64,000 bases of DNA from Alphaproteobacteria bacterium MarineAlpha5_Bin12. GTDB lineage: Bacteria > Pseudomonadota > Alphaproteobacteria > HIMB59 > GCA-002718135. Position 1 is the stretch's first letter; every line of letters starts with the position of its first letter. This document shows positions 57,219 through 64,000 of this stretch, in pieces. The position numbers were made by a program, and so were the translations under genes. Below the pieces are notes generated by a model. The model saw only the letters and a program-made list of their open reading frames with translations, ran no database searches and was not told the origin of the DNA. The stretch spans positions 7,079 through 71,078 of the forward strand of contig PTKS01000001.1 in NCBI GenBank assembly GCA_002937855.1, read 5' to 3'.

Positions 57219-58623
57219 CAAAATTAAAATTTACGTTACTCAGCTTTAATTGAGATTCTATATTTTTTTTCATTTTTTTTAACGACTCTTCACTAAGAGC
57301 TTCAGCCCTTACAGTTAATGCATTTTCAGTATTTGATGCCCTGATACCCCACCAACCTTCATTATTCTCAACACGTACGCCATCTATACTAATAACCTTT
57401 AGATTTTCTTTAGATAATCTTTCAATAATTTCTTCTACTATTTTAAATTTCCTTGATTCAATAACTTTGATTCTTGTTTCTGGCGTAGAGTAAGTTTTTG
57501 GATATTTACTGATAATTTCACTTAATGGAATCTCTTTTTTTGAAATTATTTGCAATAATCTCAATGCAACATACATAGCATCATCATAACCAAAAAAATT
57601 ATCTTTATACATTATATGACCGCTCATTTCCCCTGAAAGGGGTGAATTTAATTCTTCCATTTTATCTTTTATTACCGAGTGACCAGTCTTATACATTATT
57701 GGATTACAACCTATTTTTTTTACTTCATCAAAAAAAACTTTACTTGATTTAACATCCATTATTATTGATGGATTATCATATAGTTCAGCAATTTCTTCAG
57801 CCAATATAATCATATATTGGTCAGCCCATATAATATTATCTTTATTGTCAATTATACCCAATCTATCTCCATCACCGTCAAAAGCTAGACCTAAATCACA
57901 CTTATTTTTTTTTACAACATCTCTTAATTGTTTTAAATTTTTGGGTATTGTTGGATCAGGATGATGGTTCGGAAATGTCCCATCAACAACATCATTTATT
58001 AATATATTTTCTGTATTTTTTAACCTTTTAATTACATTATTTATTGTCACTCCTACGGAGCCATTTCCTGCATCCCAAGCAACTTTTAATTTTTTTTCAA
58101 TAGAAATATCTTGTAATAGTCTTTTAGTATATTGATCTAAAATATTTATATTTTTTTTTAAGCCCTTTGTATAATTATCTTTAAAAACTATATTTTTTAA
58201 ATTTTGTATATTTGACGAGTAAAATGGTTTTTTATTTAGAACTATTTTAAAACCATTGTATTCAGGTGGATTATGAGAACCTGTGATCATTATACCAGCA
58301 TCAACATTTAGGTGATATACAGAAAAATAAAGCATAGGAGTGGGACATAATCCAATTATTATTACCTCTAAACCATTTTGAACTAATCCTGCAGTCAATG
58401 CCTCATGCAAAGAAGGTGAGGTTAATCTACCATCATAACCTATAACTATCTTATTAATATTGTTTTGACTTTTTATTAAAGTTCCAAATTTTAATCCTAA
58501 AGAATATGCCGTGTTGACTGAAAGGTTTTGATTAATGATTCCTCTTATGTCATATTCCCTAAGTATTTCTTCATCAAATTCCTCAAAACTATATTTTGAT
58601 TCCTTAGCTTTATTATCTTCCAA
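57211..58623 (-). CDS. Phosphomannomutase/phosphoglucomutase
   Basis: REYDIRG, TGSHNP, DGDGDR, GEMSGH, RASNT. Confidence 0.93.
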   Translation of the reverse strand: MEDNKAKESKYSFEEFDEEILREYDIRGIINQNLSVNTAYSLGLKFGTLIKSQNNINKIVIGYDGRLTSPSLHEALTAGLVQNGLEVIIIGLCPTPMLYFSVYHLNVDAGIMITGSHNPPEYNGFKIVLNKKPFYSSNIQNLKNIVFKDNYTKGLKKNINILDQYTKRLLQDISIEKKLKVAWDAGNGSVGVTINNVIKRLKNTENILINDVVDGTFPNHHPDPTIPKNLKQLRDVVKKNKCDLGLAFDGDGDRLGIIDNKDNIIWADQYMIILAEEIAELYDNPSIIMDVKSSKVFFDEVKKIGCNPIMYKTGHSVIKDKMEELNSPLSGEMSGHIMYKDNFFGYDDAMYVALRLLQIISKKEIPLSEIISKYPKTYSTPETRIKVIESRKFKIVEEIIERLSKENLKVISIDGVRVENNEGWWGIRASNTENALTVRAEALSEESLKKMKKNIESQLKLSNVNFNFAI

Positions 58624-59917
58624 TACTTATATGCTCCCAACCAAGATTTTTAAGCTCATCTTGATTATATAAATTACGAAGATCAAAAATTATAGTTTTA
58701 TTAACTAATGTTTTTAATTTTTTTAAATCAAGTGCTCTAAACTCATTCCATTCTGTTCCTATAATTATTGCATCAACATTATTACACGTATCATATACAT
58801 CACTACCATATTTAAATTTAGGATTTTCATATTGTGAATTTTTCATTGCTTTAGGATCATAAGCAATTATTTTTGCACCTGACTGCAATAGCTCATTACC
58901 TATTATTATGGATGTAGAATCTCTAATATCATCTGTATTTGGTTTAAAGCTTAATCCAAGTAGTGCAAATTTTAAATTATTTACATTATTTGAAAAGAAC
59001 TTTTCTATTTTTTTAGCTAAAATTTTTGGTCTTTGTTTATTAAATTCATTCACAGAGTCAACAATGGATAGCTTTATATTATTTTTTTTAGCAGTATTGG
59101 AAAATGCTTTCACATCTTTAGGAAAACAGGATCCTCCAAAACCAGGTCCAGCATGAAGAAATTTAGAGTTTATTCTTTTATCTAAGCCCATTCCTTTTGA
59201 AACATCTTGAATATTTGCTCCAACTTTTTCACAGAGATCGGCAACTTCATTTATAAAAGAAATTTTTGTAGCCAAAAAACTATTGCTCGCGTATTTAATT
59301 AATTCAGCAGTTTCAAGATTAGTTATAACTATAGGAGTCTCTAAAATATAAAGAGGCCTATATAGAGATTTTAATATTTTTTCACCTTTATCAGATTCTA
59401 TCCCTATGATTACTCTATCTGGTCTCATAAAATCATTTATAGCTGACCCCTCCCTCAAAAACTCAGGATTTGAAGCAACGTCAAACATAGAGTTATTTAC
59501 TTTTTTCTGAATTATTTCTTTTATTTTCCTTGAAGTACCTACTGGGACAGTAGATTTTATGACTACTAAACAATATTTTTTTATATTATGAGAAATTTCT
59601 TCAGCAACTGCATAAACAGAAGTTAAGTCTGCGTCATCATCAATTCTTCTACTGGGTGTTCCTACTGTGATAAAAACAGCATCAGCATTAGATAAACTTT
59701 TAGTTATATCATTTGAAAGCTTAATCTGTTTTGTATTTTTTTGATGCTTTGCAAAAAGTTCGTCTAAGCCTGGTTCATAAATAGGCATTAAACCTTGATT
59801 GAGTTTTTTAATTCTATTATTATCTTTGTCAACAAAAGTTACTTTGAATCCAAACTCAGCAAAACATAAACCAGATATCAAACCCACATACCCGGTGCCT
59901 ACCATTACAATATTCAT
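58613..59917 (-). CDS. ugd: UDP-glucose 6-dehydrogenase
   Basis: GTGYVG, KSTVPVG, SNPEFLREG, GFGGSCFPKD, FKPNTDDIR. Confidence 0.93.
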   Translation of the reverse strand: MNIVMVGTGYVGLISGLCFAEFGFKVTFVDKDNNRIKKLNQGLMPIYEPGLDELFAKHQKNTKQIKLSNDITKSLSNADAVFITVGTPSRRIDDDADLTSVYAVAEEISHNIKKYCLVVIKSTVPVGTSRKIKEIIQKKVNNSMFDVASNPEFLREGSAINDFMRPDRVIIGIESDKGEKILKSLYRPLYILETPIVITNLETAELIKYASNSFLATKISFINEVADLCEKVGANIQDVSKGMGLDKRINSKFLHAGPGFGGSCFPKDVKAFSNTAKKNNIKLSIVDSVNEFNKQRPKILAKKIEKFFSNNVNNLKFALLGLSFKPNTDDIRDSTSIIIGNELLQSGAKIIAYDPKAMKNSQYENPKFKYGSDVYDTCNNVDAIIIGTEWNEFRALDLKKLKTLVNKTIIFDLRNLYNQDELKNLGWEHISIGR

Positions 59918-60105
59918 AACTTTTGATTTACAATAATTTTATATAGTCTAATAGAAAAATATTAAGTTATATTTAACAAAAATACTATAACATTTTACTA
60001 ATAATTTTAATAGAATCGGCTATAAAAAAGCTTCCAAAAAACCTTATAACATTAACGATTCGCAATAAAAAACTAATATTTTAAGTGACTTATAGTAAAA
60101 TAATG

Positions 60106-60161
60106 AATGAGCAGAGCGTTTTAGATATTTCCTCCTAAAAGTTATTTAGCCTCTGCTCATT
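60106..60161. ncRNA. Candidate hairpin sRNA with CCUCC anti-SD sequence (plus strand), or terminator of the minus-strand gene
   Basis: 11-bp outer stem AATGAGCAGAG/CTCTGCTCATT, inner stem TTTTAG/CTAAAA, apical ATATTTCCTC. Confidence 0.4.
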
Positions 60162-60624
60162 TAAAAGAAATCCATCTAGCCACGTTTTTTTTATATCTTG
60201 CATACTCATCATTAAATCTGCGTTCTAAATATTTCTCTTCAGGAAATATCACATAATTATTTATCCAAAAAAACAATATTATAGATGAGAACAAGTACCA
60301 AGTATTTTCGAAAACCAAAAACATTGAAAAATGAAAACCAATAAATGCAAGATATATAGGATTTCTACTATAAGAATATATTCCGGTTTTAATTATTCTC
60401 TCAGTGGGGGTATGAGGAGGTAGTTTTTCATTATATTTAATGAACATTCTGGCACTAACAAAAAAAAGAGTAAAAAAAATAATTAAAAAGAAAAATCCTA
60501 TTATATTAAAAAAAATAGGTATTTTAATATTAAAACTAAATAATAAATTCAGTAAAAATGAAAGAACAAGTAAAGAAACAAAAACTTTTAAAGGATTAAA
60601 TTTAATATTAGGACCTTGTGTCAT
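60157..60624 (-). CDS. Isoprenylcysteine carboxyl methyltransferase / PEMT family membrane protein
   Basis: GIYSYSRNPIY, EEKYLERRF..Y..YK..V.RW. Confidence 0.88.
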   Translation of the reverse strand: MTQGPNIKFNPLKVFVSLLVLSFLLNLLFSFNIKIPIFFNIIGFFFLIIFFTLFFVSARMFIKYNEKLPPHTPTERIIKTGIYSYSRNPIYLAFIGFHFSMFLVFENTWYLFSSIILFFWINNYVIFPEEKYLERRFNDEYARYKKNVARWISFK

Positions 60625-60634
60625 GATATAATTT

Positions 60635-61300
60635 TTAATTAATTTCTTTTATGGTTTTATCAAGATCTTTATATGATTTTATGATCTTAAAAGTTCCTTC
60701 ATCTATTAATGATTGGTGAGATATATTTTTCCAATGTGAAGCTGCAACTATTCCAAGCACTTTAAGACCAGCATCAATTGCAGATCTGACTCCTGGAAGA
60801 CTATCTTCTAAAACTAGCACCTCGTCTTTTTTTAAATTGTTATTCTCAACTATCTTTAAATAAATATCTGGACTTGGTTTTGGTTTTTCAACCATTTCAA
60901 AAGTGTATATATTTTGACTTTTAAAATATTTAGTTAGATTAACATTTTTTAACCCTTTAATAATTCTTTGTTTTCCGCTGTTTGACCCTATGTAAAACTC
61001 CAAATCATTTTTTTTTAAAAAATCTTCTATTTGTTCTACAGCTTTTAATTCTTTATCAAAAAAAGTACTCACAGTTCTCATTACGTTATTAAATAAAAGA
61101 ATGTGATCTGAAATTTTATGAATTTTTGAGATCTCTTTTGCTACTTTAATTGTTTTATTACCAGCATATTGGGCCGCTATTGATTGAGGGGTATAATGAT
61201 TTATATCCATTTTTTTAAGGACTTTATCAAAGGCTCTGGCAGCTAAAATTTCGCTGTCAATTATAACTCCATCAAAATCAAAAATTAAATGCTTAATCAT
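60635..61300 (-). CDS. HAD family IA hydrolase
   Basis: FDFDGVIIDSE, SN, KPSPDIY, EDS..GV. Confidence 0.92.
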   Translation of the reverse strand: MIKHLIFDFDGVIIDSEILAARAFDKVLKKMDINHYTPQSIAAQYAGNKTIKVAKEISKIHKISDHILLFNNVMRTVSTFFDKELKAVEQIEDFLKKNDLEFYIGSNSGKQRIIKGLKNVNLTKYFKSQNIYTFEMVEKPKPSPDIYLKIVENNNLKKDEVLVLEDSLPGVRSAIDAGLKVLGIVAASHWKNISHQSLIDEGTFKIIKSYKDLDKTIKEIN

Positions 61301-61370
61301 TATGTAATTAAAGATTACTTATTTTTAATCTTTTTTTAAAAAATTGCACGAAAAAGCTTGAAAACTTTCA

Positions 61371-61418
61371 TTGCAATTTATTCAACTTTAGACTAACATG
61401 TATCAACTTGGGATACAT
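61371..61418 (+). promoter_or_regulatory. Sigma70-like promoter overlapped by a palindromic operator
   Basis: TTGCAA-17 nt-TAACAT, with ATGTATC-N7-GATACAT (61398-61418) covering the end of the -10 box and the expected start site. Confidence 0.55.
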
Positions 61419-61475
61419 AACTCGTCGTTAAAACGAAAGTGGGATCGGTCCCCTTTAAATTTTAAAGGAGGATAA

Positions 61476-62645
61476 ATGAAAATAGGTTATTTTTGTAATT
61501 CTACAAATTGGAATAATGAACCATATATTGAAGTTTTAAATAAAATAAGAGAAATTGCAGATTATTGTGAGAATAATGACTGGGATTCTATATGGTTTAC
61601 AGAACATCACTTCAGTCATGAAGGTATGGAAATATGTCCAAATCCACTCATGTTAAGTGCCGACATTGCTGCTAGAACAAAAAGAATTAGAATTGGACAA
61701 GCGGCGACAATTATAACTTTTTGGAATCCAATCAGAGTAGCTGAAGATATTGCATTACTAGATAATTTATCTAATGGAAGAATTGAAGCTGGAATAGGAA
61801 GAGGAATTTATGGAAGAGAAGCCTTGAATATGAATCCTGATGCCGATATGAAAGATCAAGCAAAAAATTATAGATTATTTGAAGAGACTCTAGATATATT
61901 AAAAAAAGCCTGGTCAAATAAATTTTTTAATCATTCAGGAGAGTTTTATACCTATCCTTCGCCTAATTTTGAGTGGCAACATGATATGAGTACTCCAGAT
62001 CAAGAATTTGTAGATCTCAATACAAATATTCTTAAAAAAATTAGTATAGTTCCTAGACCAATTCAACAACCGCACCCACCATTATGGCAAGTTGTGGATA
62101 GTCCAAGTTCAATTGAATGGGCTGCGAAAAATGGGATAAATACTATTATGTGGATTCCAACAGTACAGTCTCTTAAAAAACGCTTCGAAATTTATAAAAA
62201 TTCGAAATCTGAACATGAAAAAAGAAATGTAGAGATGGGAGAGGGAATTTGTCTTGTTAGAGATATGTTCATTGCTGATAGCATGGAAGAAGCAAAAGAG
62301 AAAGCAGGAAAACAAATGGTGGATTATATGAGATGGGTCTGTCATTGGAGGGGGTTAGGGACGCATATGAACCCAGGAGAAGAACTTCCTAAGACTAAAA
62401 ACAAGCTTGATTTATTAACATATGACTTTCTTCATAAAAGGAATATGCTTTTTGGAACAGTTGACTATGTAATAGAAAAAATCGAAGAATTACAAAGTGA
62501 ACTAAACTTAAAAAATCTTCAAGTATGGTCAAATTTTCCAGGAGTTAAGCATGAAGATTGCATGAAAAGCATAAAATTGTTTACTGAAAAAGTTATGCCA
62601 CACTTTAAAAATAAGGAAAAAGTTAAAATAAAACAGGCATCATAA
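61476..62645 (+). CDS. Luciferase-like (LLM class) flavin-dependent oxidoreductase
   Basis: WFTEHHF, ARTKRIRIG, PIRVAEDIALLD.LS.GR, PRPIQQPHPP; AGGAGG RBS. Confidence 0.92.
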   Translation: MKIGYFCNSTNWNNEPYIEVLNKIREIADYCENNDWDSIWFTEHHFSHEGMEICPNPLMLSADIAARTKRIRIGQAATIITFWNPIRVAEDIALLDNLSNGRIEAGIGRGIYGREALNMNPDADMKDQAKNYRLFEETLDILKKAWSNKFFNHSGEFYTYPSPNFEWQHDMSTPDQEFVDLNTNILKKISIVPRPIQQPHPPLWQVVDSPSSIEWAAKNGINTIMWIPTVQSLKKRFEIYKNSKSEHEKRNVEMGEGICLVRDMFIADSMEEAKEKAGKQMVDYMRWVCHWRGLGTHMNPGEELPKTKNKLDLLTYDFLHKRNMLFGTVDYVIEKIEELQSELNLKNLQVWSNFPGVKHEDCMKSIKLFTEKVMPHFKNKEKVKIKQAS

Positions 62646-64000
62646 TGAAAGTCAAAAAAAAACTGCATTCCTTATCAGGTGGTCAAGCAGTTGTTAAATA
62701 TATAAAAACTGAAAAAGTCAGAAATATATTTGGATTAATTGGATCTGCAACAATGGAGATTTTTGACTCTCTATATGATTGCAAAGATATCAATTTTATT
62801 GATGTCAGAGATGAAAGAACAGGCACACATATTGCTGATGGATATGCTAGAGCTTCAGGACAAGCAGGTATAATGATAGCAGGTCAGAATGGTCCAGGAG
62901 CTACAAATTTAACTACAGGTATTGCTCAGGCATATTCTGCATTTTCTCCTGTAATTACAATTGCAGGTGCCGTCTCCAATGAACATAAGGGAAAGGACTC
63001 CTTTCAAGAAATAGATCAACAATCTCTTTTTGAACCAATAACTAAAAAAACATTTACAATAAAAAAAACAAATAAAATTCCTTCAATTTTAAATCAATCT
63101 TTCAAAATTGCTCTAACTCCAAAGTGTGGGCCAGTTCATATAAATTTACCAAGAGATATACTATCCAAAAAAGAGAGTTTTAAAGAATTTTCAAAACATA
63201 ATATTAAAATGAATATTAAAATTAATGAAAAAATCATTAAACAATCTATTGATAAAATCTTATCTACAAAAAAAAATGTAATAATTGTTGGAGCTGGTAT
63301 TAAAAATAATGGAAATTATAAAGATGTAGTCAAATTAGCCAAACTTATTAATACTCCAATTGTTTCATCTGCAGGTCATGGAGATGCAATTCCTTTTGAT
63401 GAAAAACTTTATATGGGTCAGATGGGCCCTCGAGGAAATGAGATTGCATCAAAATTAGTAAAAGAAGCTGAAACTATTTTAGCACTTGGTACCAGATTGG
63501 GATTTAATTCTACATTTTATTCTTATGAAAATATAAATAAAAAAGCATTTATAATTCAGGTTGATATTGATAAAAAATCTTTGGGGAGGTACTTTCCAAT
63601 AGAAATAGGTATTTGTAATGATGCAAGTAAAATTGCGAAAATTTTATATGAAAAAATTTTATTAAAAAAAGAAATAAAAAAAATCAATGATTGGACCAAA
63701 AGTGCAATTCATCAAAGAAAGATATATATTCAAAAACGAGATCACGAAGCAAATCTAGAAAGTCAACCGATTAAGCCTTCTGGTTTATTTAAAATATTAC
63801 GAGATGTGATTCCTAATAACTCAGCAGTAACATTAGATGCGGGGACACTCTGTCTTCAAGCTACGGATGCAATTAATTATTATAAGCCGCCTTGTTTTTT
63901 TACACCTTTGGATTTTGGATTAGTAGGATTTTCTTTTGCTTGCGGACTTGGAGTTAAAATTGCACGACCGGATTCTCCTGTTATAAGTTTAATGGGTGAT
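62645..64000 (+). CDS. Thiamine-diphosphate-dependent enzyme (sulfoacetaldehyde acetyltransferase / acetolactate synthase-like), truncated by window end, absent from the ORF track
   Basis: Manual translation: FGLIGSAT, RDER, ADGYARASG, AGQNGPGATN, FQEIDQ, ending at the GD of the ThDP motif; TAATG overlap with the LLM stop. Confidence 0.88.
   Translation, partial: MKVKKKLHSLSGGQAVVKYIKTEKVRNIFGLIGSATMEIFDSLYDCKDINFIDVRDERTGTHIADGYARASGQAGIMIAGQNGPGATNLTTGIAQAYSAFSPVITIAGAVSNEHKGKDSFQEIDQQSLFEPITKKTFTIKKTNKIPSILNQSFKIALTPKCGPVHINLPRDILSKKESFKEFSKHNIKMNIKINEKIIKQSIDKILSTKKNVIIVGAGIKNNGNYKDVVKLAKLINTPIVSSAGHGDAIPFDEKLYMGQMGPRGNEIASKLVKEAETILALGTRLGFNSTFYSYENINKKAFIIQVDIDKKSLGRYFPIEIGICNDASKIAKILYEKILLKKEIKKINDWTKSAIHQRKIYIQKRDHEANLESQPIKPSGLFKILRDVIPNNSAVTLDAGTLCLQATDAINYYKPPCFFTPLDFGLVGFSFACGLGVKIARPDSPVISLMGD

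Noticed and set aside
31-62345. Many 60-137 aa ORFs antisense to or overlapping long genes (e.g. 31-330, 3158-3430, 19620-19952, 26144-26557, 45119-45457, 52505-52765)
   Set aside because: Shadow frames of well-supported genes with no recognisable motifs.
1-64000. CRISPR arrays, IS elements, integrases, prophage or defence genes
   Set aside because: No regularly spaced direct repeats or such protein motifs were seen; nearly all sequence is explained by metabolic and core genes.

Overview
AT-rich, densely coded window with very short spacers, typical of a streamlined marine alphaproteobacterium (SAR11/HIMB59-like; the taxonomy is inferred). 1-14 kb: quaternary-amine and sulfur module (end of an L-carnitine dehydrogenase, betaine-type ABC transporter, gamma-butyrobetaine-dioxygenase-like and TauD-like dioxygenases, aldehyde dehydrogenase, cysQ, and a compact APS-kinase-like/nucleotidyltransferase fusion). 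14-42 kb: a catabolic block from putA to tRNA-Phe with seven hydantoinase/oxoprolinase subunit genes (3 A, 4 B), a Dpp/Opp-type and a sugar-type ABC importer, an Xaa-Pro peptidase, a hydantoin-racemase-family enzyme, an SDR and a stand-alone GAF protein. This is the best candidate for an undescribed pathway, possibly cyclic-dipeptide or lactam catabolism. 42-50 kb: core block tRNA-Phe-yacG-infA-hisD-hisG-murA, then a Mn transporter with MntR and a clear MntR box, an Lrp regulator and an atypical ureohydrolase. 50-64 kb: tRNA-Thr, small hypothetical genes, a DTE proteorhodopsin with the blue-tuning Gln, envelope and housekeeping genes, and an LLM monooxygenase plus an Xsc-like ThDP enzyme that runs off the window. 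Three intergenic hairpins enclose SD or anti-SD sequences and may be unannotated sRNAs. I saw no CRISPR array, rRNA, integrase or transposase. All protein calls come from motif recognition, not database searches.
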